The notes under the pieces were generated by a model. That model made no database searches, was not told the origin of the DNA, and saw nothing but the letters and a program-made list of their open reading frames with translations. Source: an uncultured Nitrospiraceae bacterium (GTDB taxonomy: Bacteria; Nitrospirota; Nitrospiria; Nitrospirales; Nitrospiraceae). From it: DNA of 64,000 nt. Positions 1-8,924 of the stretch are shown piece by piece. Both the position numbers and the translations under genes were made by a program. Each line of letters starts with the position of its first letter. Within the stretch, counting starts at the first letter, position 1. The DNA is taken from assembly GCA_963846575.1 (NCBI GenBank), contig CAWJWJ010000002.1:704001-768000 (forward strand), in the 5' to 3' direction.

Positions 1-2
1 CC

Positions 3-992
3 GAAGGCTATATCGGGGACTATTTCCGAGGAGAGAGTGAATTTGCCGTCATGTCTCAGTGTGCGGGAGCCGCATTCGGAGGGGCGCGTGTCTTCACGAC
101 GACGGCTGGTCCCGGCACTATGCGGGCCATGGAAAATTTTCCCATGTGGGCCGGCGCGCGGTTGCCGATCCAATGTATCGTGACCTGTCGCGGCATTAAT
201 TCCCCTCTCTCCATTCAGCCGGACACGATCGAGATTTCCTATCTGATGCAGACCGGGATGCTGGTCTGGCATGCGGAGACGGCGCAGGATTTCTATGATT
301 GGATTCTCATGGGGTATATGGTGTCGGAGGAGCCGGATGTGCACTTGCCGTTAGCCCTTTGTTGTGACGGGTTCTTTGTCACGCACACCAAAGACGTGGT
401 CGACCTCACACCGACCGACATGTGTCTTCCGCCGTACGACCCCTATCGGTCGCCGGTCCCCTGCATGGACATGGAATGTCCGCCTGTTCGGATGATGCGC
501 GATCCCTTTATCATGAAAAGTAATTACATTAGCTATGCTACTCACGCGAGTTGGCAGCAGGAAGTCTGGGCCGCTGCCGAACGGTCGCGAAAGCATACGA
601 TTGCATGGCTGAATGGGTTGATTGAGACGGAGAATAGCGACGCCGATGTGCTCATCGTTACCTCCGGCACGGCGGTGTCCCAGGGGCGTGAAGCCATCCG
701 TCTGTTGGCCGATGAGGGGATACGAGTCGGTCTTGTGAAGATCAAGACGCTCCGGCCCTGGCCTGAGGAGGAAATTAAGGAAGCTACGAAACACGCCACT
801 CACATCATTGTTCCGGAATTCAATGTTATCGGATGGATGGCGAGGGAGATCAAAGCTACCATTCCCAGGAGCGAGCGCGTCGTTGCAGGCCCGCGAGTCT
901 GCGGAGGCATGACGATGCCACCGGAAATTATCGTTGAAGAAATCAAGCGCGCACTCGGCATTCGTTCTACGACGCTTGCCGCTCGCGGGTGA
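3..992 (+). CDS. porA: 2-oxoacid (pyruvate/2-oxoglutarate):ferredoxin oxidoreductase alpha subunit, 5'-truncated by window edge
   Basis: Frame open from position 3 (EGYIGDYFRGESEFAVM...). Motifs ESE, GARVFTTTAGPG, DGFFVTH and KIKTLRPWP are typical of POR alpha subunits; followed by beta subunits. Confidence 0.88.
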   Translation, partial: EGYIGDYFRGESEFAVMSQCAGAAFGGARVFTTTAGPGTMRAMENFPMWAGARLPIQCIVTCRGINSPLSIQPDTIEISYLMQTGMLVWHAETAQDFYDWILMGYMVSEEPDVHLPLALCCDGFFVTHTKDVVDLTPTDMCLPPYDPYRSPVPCMDMECPPVRMMRDPFIMKSNYISYATHASWQQEVWAAAERSRKHTIAWLNGLIETENSDADVLIVTSGTAVSQGREAIRLLADEGIRVGLVKIKTLRPWPEEEIKEATKHATHIIVPEFNVIGWMAREIKATIPRSERVVAGPRVCGGMTMPPEIIVEEIKRALGIRSTTLAARG

Positions 993-1070
993 TGACAGAG
1001 GATCAATGTGCAACAGGAGTCGGCATATCCGGCAACGTGAAACTCAGCAGGGCTGAGAGAAGAGATAAAC

Positions 1071-1967
1071 ATGAGCAAAGAGCGCATCACCATTTCCCCC
1101 GAGTTATATGACATTATGCCGGCGGACTATCAGGATCTCGTCAGCAAAGCCACTTATGGCAAGGACGACCGGGGCTGGAAAGATATCGGTACCTCCAAGG
1201 AACTGATTGAGCAGCACTCACTCTGTGCCGGATGTCCGGAGTCCATGGCGTTTCGCTATATCTTAGCCTCGCTTCCCAATCCGGAAGACACCGTTATGGT
1301 CGGCTCGACCGGATGTACGAGTCTGGTGTTCCCCATGGTGGCCGTCCATAACATTCACTCCCTGTTTGGCAATCAGAATGCCATTGCCTCAGGCCTGAAG
1401 CGAGCATTAAGCGTTCGATTCCCCGATCGCGTTAAGGATGTCGTGGTCCTGGCGGGTGACGGCGCGACGGTAGACATCGGCTTGGACATGACGTTGCAAG
1501 CCTGGTTCCGGCAGGAAAAATTCACCACCATTTGTTTTGACAACGAACTGTATGCCAATACCGGCGGACAAGAGAGCGGGCTGATGCAGAAGGGTTTCGT
1601 TGCTAAAATGGCACCGGTCGGCAAACTCTTCGACAAAGTTCGCCTCCCCGAGATCGCGCGGGAATCCGGTTGTCATTACATCGTAAATTGTACGGTGAGC
1701 AAACCGTCGTTGGTTGAGAAGGTCGTTCGTAATGCCGTTTTGATCGCCCGGGAAATCGGGCCGACCTACCTTCAACTCTACACGCCCTGCATCCTAGAAA
1801 TCGGCAAGAACAGCATGGAAGGTTTGCAGGAAATGCGGGACTCCGAAAAACCCGCCGAACGGTTCGCGTTCAAGGAGTACATCAGCGAACCGGCGAAGCA
1901 ACTTCTGGCCGAACGTGACGCGAAAGCCAAGGAAAAGAAAGCCGCAGCGAAACAGTTAGTTTCGTAA
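1071..1967 (+). CDS. porB: 2-oxoacid:ferredoxin oxidoreductase beta subunit (TPP-binding), copy 1
   Basis: HSLCAGC, GCTS, GDGA...DNELYANTGGQES TPP motif, TPC. Confidence 0.9.
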   Translation: MSKERITISPELYDIMPADYQDLVSKATYGKDDRGWKDIGTSKELIEQHSLCAGCPESMAFRYILASLPNPEDTVMVGSTGCTSLVFPMVAVHNIHSLFGNQNAIASGLKRALSVRFPDRVKDVVVLAGDGATVDIGLDMTLQAWFRQEKFTTICFDNELYANTGGQESGLMQKGFVAKMAPVGKLFDKVRLPEIARESGCHYIVNCTVSKPSLVEKVVRNAVLIAREIGPTYLQLYTPCILEIGKNSMEGLQEMRDSEKPAERFAFKEYISEPAKQLLAERDAKAKEKKAAAKQLVS

Positions 1968-2019
1968 GAGGCGCCACAATTATCGCCGTACCTGCGGCTA
2001 GAAAAGAGCGAGGGTCCAA

Positions 2020-2910
2020 ATGAGTCTTGACTATGTGAAGTTTACACCGGGGTTTGAACAGTTCATGCCGAAAGAATATCGGGATATGGTCGAGCACGGA
2101 CCATTCGGGAAAAAAACGACGGTTTCGCAGATGGGCAGTTTTAAAGAGATTCTTGAAGAGCATCCGATGTGCGCCGGTTGCGCCATGACCCTGTTTATCC
2201 GGTTGGCCATCATCGCCTTCCCAAATCCAGAAGACACCATTACGGTCGGGACAGCTGGCTGTGGGAGATTGGCGATCTCTCAGGCGGCCATTCCCTTTGT
2301 GTATGGGAACTATGGTGACCAGAACGGCGTCGCCAGCGGCTTGTCACGCGGACTGCGGCTCCGGTTCGGAGACAAGCCCAAGGATGTGGTGGTCATCGCG
2401 GGTGACGGTGGAACCGCAGACATCGGATTCCAGCAGGTTCTGCATTCCTGGTTCCGAAAGGAACGATTTACGACCATCATGTTGGACAACGAAGTGTACG
2501 GTAATACGGGCGGGCAAGAAAGCGGGATGACGACGCGAGGCGCGGTGTTAAAGATGGCCCCGCTCGGGAAGAAGTTTGAAAAGATGGACATGGTCACGAT
2601 GGCCAAAGTCGCCGGCTGTTCCTACATTGCCACGGTCGTTCCGAATAACCCGCGGCGAGTCGAAAGCGTCATCAAGAAAGCGGTGCTGATTGCCCGAGAT
2701 ATCGGCCCGACTTATATCCAAGCCTATACGTCATGCAATATTGAATATGCGATTCCCACTGACAAGGTGATGGAAGACGCGAAGACTGTTGAGGACGATC
2801 GTTACAAGTTCACCGAGTACGTCAGCGACGAAGCGAAAGCCTACCTGGCAGAGCGATACGGTTATAAAGAGTTCATGCCGAAGGCGCCCGCTGCAGTCAC
2901 CACGGCGTGA
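2020..2910 (+). CDS. porB: 2-oxoacid:ferredoxin oxidoreductase beta subunit (TPP-binding), copy 2
   Basis: HPMCAGC, GCGR, GDGG...DNEVYGNTGGQES, TSC; collinear paralog of the preceding ORF. Confidence 0.9.
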   Translation: MSLDYVKFTPGFEQFMPKEYRDMVEHGPFGKKTTVSQMGSFKEILEEHPMCAGCAMTLFIRLAIIAFPNPEDTITVGTAGCGRLAISQAAIPFVYGNYGDQNGVASGLSRGLRLRFGDKPKDVVVIAGDGGTADIGFQQVLHSWFRKERFTTIMLDNEVYGNTGGQESGMTTRGAVLKMAPLGKKFEKMDMVTMAKVAGCSYIATVVPNNPRRVESVIKKAVLIARDIGPTYIQAYTSCNIEYAIPTDKVMEDAKTVEDDRYKFTEYVSDEAKAYLAERYGYKEFMPKAPAAVTTA

Positions 2911-2962
2911 TCCGCTGACAGAAAACTGCTGGACTCAAGAGGTACACTAGCCTGAGTGTCGC

Positions 2963-2994
2963 CGGCGGGCAGGGGTTGAATTGCCTGCCCGCCG
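2963..2994 (+). terminator. GC-rich hairpin after the por operon (possible terminator or stabiliser; no U-tract)
   Basis: Perfect 11-bp inverted repeat CGGCGGGCAGG (2963-2973) / CCTGCCCGCCG (2984-2994). Confidence 0.5.
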
Positions 2995-3085
2995 TCGTGA
3001 CAATTCGTTGTTCAATGACTTTGCAGATGCAGCGATTCGCGCATGGCAGGCGGTGAGCACCGACTATAAGGATGCAAAGGAAGTT

Positions 3086-3322
3086 ATGGCGGGACAGAAA
3101 CCTACACTCACATTGGTGAAGGCCCAATTTACGCTGAGTTATGGTATGCGGTTGGATAGGGGGACGGCTCCGGAGTGTGCTCACCCACATGTTTCCGTTC
3201 CTTTGCCCGACGGATCCGAGGGCGGCATGGCCTTGCACGTCATGAACGGTACGCCAGAAGAAATCAAGGCACGGCTTCTCGAAAGTATTGACGCATTCTT
3301 TGAACTACATGCCGACGTCTAG
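3086..3322 (+). CDS. small hypothetical protein (78 aa)
   Basis: Within ORF 2981-3322. ATG at 3086 is preceded by AAAGGAAG; the upstream TTG lies in the hairpin loop, so 3086 is preferred. Confidence 0.65.
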   Translation: MAGQKPTLTLVKAQFTLSYGMRLDRGTAPECAHPHVSVPLPDGSEGGMALHVMNGTPEEIKARLLESIDAFFELHADV

Positions 3323-3431
3323 GCCAATCAACTCATCCCTCAGTCTCGCGGGCAGGCACACAATAGGCTGGATCATTCCCTGGCAAGCCAGCTGTTAAGA
3401 CTTTGCACTGCAAAATAATTAAGTCGCGTAC

Positions 3432-3497
3432 AATCAATGAGTTGCCGTTTCAAGGCCTGCGTCGTCCGTTGACAGCCCACGCTCGACGCTGTAGGGT
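3432..3497 (+). promoter_or_regulatory. IHF-like site plus sigma70-like promoter upstream of the CsbD-like gene
   Basis: AATCAAtgagTTG (3432-3444) matches WATCAANNNNTTR and follows an AT tract; TTGACA (3469-3474)-17 nt-TAGGGT (3492-3497). Confidence 0.45.
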
Positions 3498-3695
3498 GCC
3501 CGTATGACGTTTTGAGCCACGCCGACTGTTCCATCTTGCGCGCCATCCCCTCCACTCTGCGCGTCTGATTCTCCGGTCTTCGCTGCTTCTACGCCAGATT
3601 CTCCGTCTTAGATCACTGGTCCGAGCATGCCTGCGTGCAGATCGGCCTTCACACCAGGGTGTCGGTTCTGCTAGGCACCTATAAAGGAGTACGCG

Positions 3696-3938
3696 ATGAC
3701 ACAAGAACAGTTCCAACAATTTTGGGCGCAGCTCCAGGCTCCGTTGAAAGCCAAGTGGGAGAAAATTACCGATTCGGATCTCAGAGAGATTCAAGGGAAT
3801 TTATCGACGTTTACGGATATTCTCCAGAAACGTTATGGAGAAACGCATAAGGATGAAGTCCGAATCTGGGCCGATCGTCGGCATGCACACTGGAGCGGCA
3901 ATTATTACGGGTACAAGGACCCCCAGCCGGTTGCCTAA
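3696..3938 (+). CDS. CsbD/YjbJ-like general stress protein
   Basis: W..L...LKAKWEKITDSDLREIQGN...LQKRYG matches the CsbD family pattern; AAGGAG RBS. Confidence 0.8.
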   Translation: MTQEQFQQFWAQLQAPLKAKWEKITDSDLREIQGNLSTFTDILQKRYGETHKDEVRIWADRRHAHWSGNYYGYKDPQPVA

Positions 3939-4015
3939 CATTACCGTGATCAGGAAGACCGAACCCTCCCAGTGCGCTGATGGCTCGCTGGGATTAACAA
4001 AGAGAGCGGGTGTTT

Positions 4016-4360
4016 ATGCCGAAGATCGTCATCAATAAGAGTTATGATCGATTCTGCGTCAGCCACAAGGCCTTTCTCCGTCTGCGAGAGCTCGGTCAAC
4101 CGGACGCACTCAAAGAAACAGACCTGGGAGCCTATTGGCCCTCTGCCGCCGGTCCCCTGGAGCCGAGCCTCAATCAGTGCGGGGCGTTAATACCGCGTGA
4201 TGACCACAGGCTTGTGCAGGTAGTGGAAGAGCTGCGTGCAGAAGCTAACGGACATTGTGCCGAGCTCAAAGTAGTGACCATTCCGGAGAACGTGGCCTGG
4301 GTCATTGCCAAAGCAGATGGAAGCGAGCACGTGAGCGAACAGCACCGCACCTGGAGCTGA
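4016..4360 (+). CDS. hypothetical protein resembling a phage/virus-associated family
   Basis: MPKIVINKSY...IPRDDHRLVQVVEEL...ANGHCAELKVVTIP...W.I...DGSEHVSEQHRTW; clean ORF. Confidence 0.75.
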   Translation: MPKIVINKSYDRFCVSHKAFLRLRELGQPDALKETDLGAYWPSAAGPLEPSLNQCGALIPRDDHRLVQVVEELRAEANGHCAELKVVTIPENVAWVIAKADGSEHVSEQHRTWS

Positions 4361-4854
4361 ACGATGACACCATGAGACACGGTGCTTCCTCCGACCGATC
4401 CGGGCGTGAATCCCACCCTGGCGAGGTCTGATAATTCCGGAATCTCTTTGGGCAAGCGGCGCTCGAAGCGAAAGTTGGGGAACCTGACCTGTCACGAAGG
4501 GGCGGTTGAAGCCCTGCTCTCCGAAGGCGAATTCACTTAGCCTCTTCTCGGGGTTTATCCAGCTACAGGCAGGGTCACGAAGCAGTTGCGCTTGATCCTG
4601 CCTGTGGTCTCCCGTCCAGCCTGATGGCAACGCACACCCCACATGTCGTACAGATTGAAGTCATGTATGTGCTCCCCGATGATGACAGATTACTGCAGTT
4701 CACCAAACTCGCTTGATTAGCCTGCCGTCGCGGTACACTTTGCCTAGACGGGTGATGGCCATCCATGCCCTGGTGTAGATGTGCCAGTCAATCCCCGTCC
4801 GGCGGAATTGGCCTGCCTTAGGGAACGACGCTCTGCGAGTTGCGTTTGCACGGG

Positions 4855-6459
4855 TTAATAGGCCCAGGTAAGCAGAGTGGTGAAAACGTTTTTGCTATAA
4901 CTGTAGACGGATATATTGGAGCTGTTGAGCAGCCCTTGATACTGTAAAGCCAATGTAAGGTTCTGGGGCAGGACCTTCGCTACCTGAAAGAAAACGTCTT
5001 GCTCGAGGTCCCGACGTGGAGATGGTCGACCGGCGTCATCTAGGAAAATAACCTGGGTATGGTTGTAGTCGCGCAAGTGGACGTCATAGTCGAGCCGCAC
5101 ATTAAGATCATACCAGGGGAGAGTGGTTTGCCCACCAAACTGAAGTCGGTTGCCGGAATAGGCGAAGCTCGACCCTCGAGCGGCCTCGGTGTCGTATTGG
5201 TAGCCCACACGAATAATATATTTGTCCTGCCGGAATCGGAGGGCATGGAGAAACCCGATCATGTTATTGAACGCATCCCGTGATTCCGGTCGGAACCGAA
5301 TGTCATTGTTGCCGGGTTCAGCGTAAAACTCCTTGCGCTGGTACCGATAAAGAAGGGTGGTCAGGTTCTCCATCCTACCCAGGAACGGCAATGTGACAGC
5401 GGGCGGGACAACGGTCGCGGGGAGGGTGAGACTGTGGCGTGAGAGAAAGCCGGTGTGGTCAAGAAACACGTAGTCGTAACTATACTGCGCCCCGGCCTCG
5501 TAGGGCATTGCCCCTATGGTGCCTCGATAGACCCCCGACAATCCTGCTAAGTGATCTTGGATGTTAAAGTTTCCTACGCCACTGTTCGTATTCACTGTTT
5601 GGTAATAAGAATAGGTCACGGTTGACTCGATCGGTCCGTTGCGATACCAGGCATAGTCACCCTGGGCCGAGGTCACAAATCCCGCTGACTGTGTCGTCCG
5701 CGAGCGAAGCGCCTCCGCCACCGGATCGCTGCTCTTTCGAGGATTAACGGCAACATTGTCATCGTAATAGCCCCCCACCGCTACTTGCAGACGCAAGCGT
5801 TGTCGCTCCGTGCCCTGTTTCGACGTTGCGAGGGCTTCCTGAACGCGCACGGATACCCCTGTGATGGGCGAGCTAGGTTGGGCGCGTTGCGCGGAGGCCA
5901 GCTCGGCTTGCGCCTGATCTGATAGACCGAGAAACCCCAGCGAGAGCCCGCGGTAAAATAAGGCGAGCTGCCGGAGATCCGGATCGGAAGATACGTTCAC
6001 GCTCAATGCGGCCGCCGCCTTATCGTACTCCTTCTGCCGATATCGTAGGAATCCTACGTAGAACCCTAAATTCTCCCGTGCTGGATCCCGACGAAATACC
6101 TCCTCTAATAGGGGTGCGGCGTTGTCAAACTGCCTGGCTGCAAAATGTGCGGTAGCCAGTTGATAGGTAACTTCAAGATCGGAAGGGCGAAGGGTATGGA
6201 GGACTGTGAGAGGAGCGATCGCCCTTTCTGCCTGTCCACGAGCCAGATGACATTGAGATAGATAATAGAAGGCTCGTGCATGACCAGGATTGAGCTCAAC
6301 GGCTCTCGAAAATAGTGCAATAGCCTCATCATAGTGTTTGGCATCATAGGCAATAATTCCTTCGGCGACCAATATCTCCGAGTCCGCCATCTGGGCCTGG
6401 ACAGAATCGGGCAGGTATACCAGCGTAAGGAGAACGAAGATCGAGAGCAGGTCTCTCAT
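4855..6459 (-). CDS. TPR-containing outer-membrane beta-barrel protein (DUF560/Slam-like architecture)
   Basis: Signal-peptide-like N-terminus (MRDLLSIFVLL...VQAQ), TPR repeats, GGYYDDNV barrel start, amphipathic strands, C-terminal aromatic (TWAY). Start uncertain (ORF open to 6648). Confidence 0.75.
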   Translation of the reverse strand: MRDLLSIFVLLTLVYLPDSVQAQMADSEILVAEGIIAYDAKHYDEAIALFSRAVELNPGHARAFYYLSQCHLARGQAERAIAPLTVLHTLRPSDLEVTYQLATAHFAARQFDNAAPLLEEVFRRDPARENLGFYVGFLRYRQKEYDKAAAALSVNVSSDPDLRQLALFYRGLSLGFLGLSDQAQAELASAQRAQPSSPITGVSVRVQEALATSKQGTERQRLRLQVAVGGYYDDNVAVNPRKSSDPVAEALRSRTTQSAGFVTSAQGDYAWYRNGPIESTVTYSYYQTVNTNSGVGNFNIQDHLAGLSGVYRGTIGAMPYEAGAQYSYDYVFLDHTGFLSRHSLTLPATVVPPAVTLPFLGRMENLTTLLYRYQRKEFYAEPGNNDIRFRPESRDAFNNMIGFLHALRFRQDKYIIRVGYQYDTEAARGSSFAYSGNRLQFGGQTTLPWYDLNVRLDYDVHLRDYNHTQVIFLDDAGRPSPRRDLEQDVFFQVAKVLPQNLTLALQYQGLLNSSNISVYSYSKNVFTTLLTWAY

Positions 6460-6720
6460 GCTGAGCAAACCGACTGATCGATTCGATAAAGCGTAGCGGT
6501 ACTCCTGATGTCGCATCATAGATTGTTCTCCATCGCAGTGTGACGCAGGCCGTTTTCCCAGTCTTGACCTGAGCGTGATCAGGCTCCTACTATACGACAC
6601 CTCATGTGGATGGTAGAGCCTTAGTCGCTGGAAAGTGTTAGCCAGCAATGGTTTCAGGGCATGCGCTCAACGGAGAGATGCTCGTTTTTGAACAGTCAGG
6701 GGGGCGAGGAGTCGTGGACT

Positions 6721-7806
6721 ATGAGAAGTATCGGCCTTCCCATGCGGGTACTCGCATACTCATGGATGGTGTCACTGACCGCCACTTCAGGGATTTGCGC
6801 GGAAGAGCCCCCGCGGTCCCAACTCCGCGAGGGGCCTGCGGTGGGGGTGGTGATGGCGATCACCGGCGGACCGGGTTCAATCGTGTCCGCCGGGGCTTCT
6901 TCTCGAGTCCTAAGGAGGGGTGATGTCGTTGCTGCTGGAGAGCTGCTTCATACAGGCGCGGGCGCCCAAGTGGATGTACTGTGGGACCATCGCGCGCTGC
7001 TGACACTGCAGAAAGATGCACGGATGCACATTTTAGAACCCCATCACGGCCAAACTGAAGTGCATCTTCACCATGGTTCCGTCCAGGTCGCCCTATCCTA
7101 TAATGCCGGCAGGATGACAGACAGGCTTACGCTTCAGACGCCGCTCGCCCGAATCGTCGGCCGAGGCGGAATTCTGGAGGTCAGGGTTATGGGAGGCGAG
7201 GCACGCTCTTTCTTCGCGCGATTGCTCGATGCGGCGCCGGTTGAAACCCTTCGGGTGTTTGAGGGGCAGGTGCGGGTTGAACCATTAAACGGAGAGGGGA
7301 AACCCTTTACCCTGAAGGAAGGGTCAGAAGTCAGTTTGACCTCGGGTGCGGTGTCCTCCGTTTCGGAGATTCAACGGGGGGCGGCTGCGACGAAACCGCT
7401 TGCCATTACGGAAGAGGATCAGGGCGTTCCTCATCCGGTCATGCGTCAAATCGTCAACGCCCAGGTTGCTCTCGCGCTGGATGTCGAGGAGGAGCTCCAG
7501 CAACTAACGATATTGGAAGAGGAAAGGGAGCTGCCAGGTACGACTGGCAAGGGGGCGATCCTTTCGACGAGTACCGGCCTGCCTATAATTCCTGGTATCC
7601 GCCAGGCTACCGCATCAGCTAACTCCACAGGCGTGCCATCCTTTCCCACCTCGCCAGCCGTTTCTTTTCCATCGGTGGCCGCGCCTGTGCAGGGTGCTGG
7701 TGCCGGGGTAGGGGGTTCTCAGGTCGGAGGTCTGAATACTGAGAAGTTCCTGCGGAAGATTCTGAACGACGTCGAGAAAGGGGGAAAGGGTCGTAGGAAG
7801 AAGTGA
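6721..7806 (+). CDS. FecR-domain exported protein
   Basis: LRRGDVV..GELLHTG, VHLHHGSV, LQTPLARIVGRG, LRVFEGQVRV FecR-like motifs; low-complexity C-tail; GAGGAG RBS before 6721. Confidence 0.7.
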   Translation: MRSIGLPMRVLAYSWMVSLTATSGICAEEPPRSQLREGPAVGVVMAITGGPGSIVSAGASSRVLRRGDVVAAGELLHTGAGAQVDVLWDHRALLTLQKDARMHILEPHHGQTEVHLHHGSVQVALSYNAGRMTDRLTLQTPLARIVGRGGILEVRVMGGEARSFFARLLDAAPVETLRVFEGQVRVEPLNGEGKPFTLKEGSEVSLTSGAVSSVSEIQRGAAATKPLAITEEDQGVPHPVMRQIVNAQVALALDVEEELQQLTILEEERELPGTTGKGAILSTSTGLPIIPGIRQATASANSTGVPSFPTSPAVSFPSVAAPVQGAGAGVGGSQVGGLNTEKFLRKILNDVEKGGKGRRKK

Positions 7807-7829
7807 AGGGACGACTCGGATGATAGCGC

Positions 7830-8240
7830 TCAGAAAGATCGACAGGCTTGGGCGCGAACCCGCATGAGTCCTTCCTGCTGAAAGTCCTTCTTGTACTTCC
7901 GTTTGAGGTTCAAGATGGCACTGTGGTATTGCCCGCTTTCGTCATATGTCAACTGGAGAGCGTGGGAAGTTTCGTGTTCGATTACGCCGGTGGCCATTCT
8001 CCATCAACCGGTTGCCGCCCAGGAAGTGAGCCCGTCCGGAAACGTTGGCAGCACAACTTCGTTGATACACGTTTCCCATTCCAGGGCGCTTATAACGCCT
8101 CCCAGCTTTGCTGTGCCGAAATAGAGTGTCTCTGTCACGATGGCGTGTTCGCTTGGCAAGCAGGAGATGGTTTGGTTCACCCCGCAGCCAGTGGGAATGG
8201 ATTGGGTGGTCAGTATTTGGAGAATTCGATTGAGCAACAT
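7830..8240 (-). pseudogene. DUF3574-family lipoprotein interrupted by an in-frame TGA at 8004-8006
   Basis: ETLYFGT...EW...EVV.P.FPDGLT.W.A.G*WR...IEHE...YKKDFQQEG.MRV; the frame continues in-frame past the stop to a TGA at 7830-7832. Confidence 0.75.
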
Positions 8241-8318
8241 GGCTTACTATAAACTGGCAGAAAAGAATCCCGACCGACTTCACCTGCTGGCCAGAGGTGG
8301 GGCGCCGTTCCTACGTCG

Positions 8319-8609
8319 TCATTTCTTCGATTTAAGCGAAGTTTGAGGTGCCGTTTTCGGCGGCTGGTTCTCTTTGTCGCTGCCCGTCACCTTCTTGAAT
8401 GTATTCCCGATCGACGGTCCGATCTTTGGGATCTCTTCTTCGATGTTCTTTGCGGCGCTTTTAAGCCCTCGTCCTATATTCTCGAGCGTGAGTCCCTGAT
8501 TTGGTCCGACCTTGCCTGTATTCGTGGATTCTGAGCCTGCCAGCGACACCCGTTCCATGCCGGCAAGTATCAGGGAAGAAAGGAACAGTATGACAAACGT
8601 TGTTCGCAT
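8319..8609 (-). CDS. small exported hypothetical protein
   Basis: Signal peptide MRTTFVILFLSSLILAG...SLA; amphipathic helical core. Confidence 0.7.
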   Translation of the reverse strand: MRTTFVILFLSSLILAGMERVSLAGSESTNTGKVGPNQGLTLENIGRGLKSAAKNIEEEIPKIGPSIGNTFKKVTGSDKENQPPKTAPQTSLKSKK

Positions 8610-8726
8610 TCAGAGCCTCACTGTTATTGGAATACTATCGAAGATTCTGACGTTCGGCAATGGGAACCCACGTGGAACTGAGTAAGGAAATCAGCAGGCA
8701 GATGAAATCTGAAACCAGCATACCTG

Positions 8727-8756
8727 TTGACCATCCATACCAGCATAGGATACAGT
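8727..8756 (+). promoter_or_regulatory. sigma70-like promoter of the DEAD-box helicase
   Basis: TTGACC-18 nt-TACAGT; ACCAGCATA direct repeat at 8714-8722 and 8739-8747 flanks the -35. Confidence 0.45.
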
Positions 8757-8842
8757 GGAGCCTAGTGCAGCATTGTATCGGTCCACCGATGTTGCGTCTC
8801 TTCTACGTGGGCCGCGCGATCGCATCGCGACCAGGTCCAGTC

Positions 8843-8924
8843 CGGAGCTGACTCCTTTCGGATTCACCCTCCCCTCGGTTCTCTGATCCCGTCTTAATGC
8901 GATCACAACGAAAGGATAGCTCCG
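8843..8924 (+). promoter_or_regulatory. 5'-UTR anti-SD stem sequestering the helicase RBS
   Basis: CGGAGCUG-ac-UCCUUUCG (8843-8860) pairs with CGAAAGGAUAGCUCCG (8909-8924): 16 bp, one GU pair, 2-nt bulge. Confidence 0.6.

Noticed and set aside
3354..3369. Possible sigma54 promoter AGGCAC-N5-AGGCT
   Set aside because: Poor -12 element, and a better sigma70-like promoter lies downstream.
4440..4610. SRP RNA or c-di-GMP-I riboswitch (GGCAA, GAAA and GAAGCAG fragments)
   Set aside because: The spacing and core motifs do not match either family; kept only as an unassigned hairpin.
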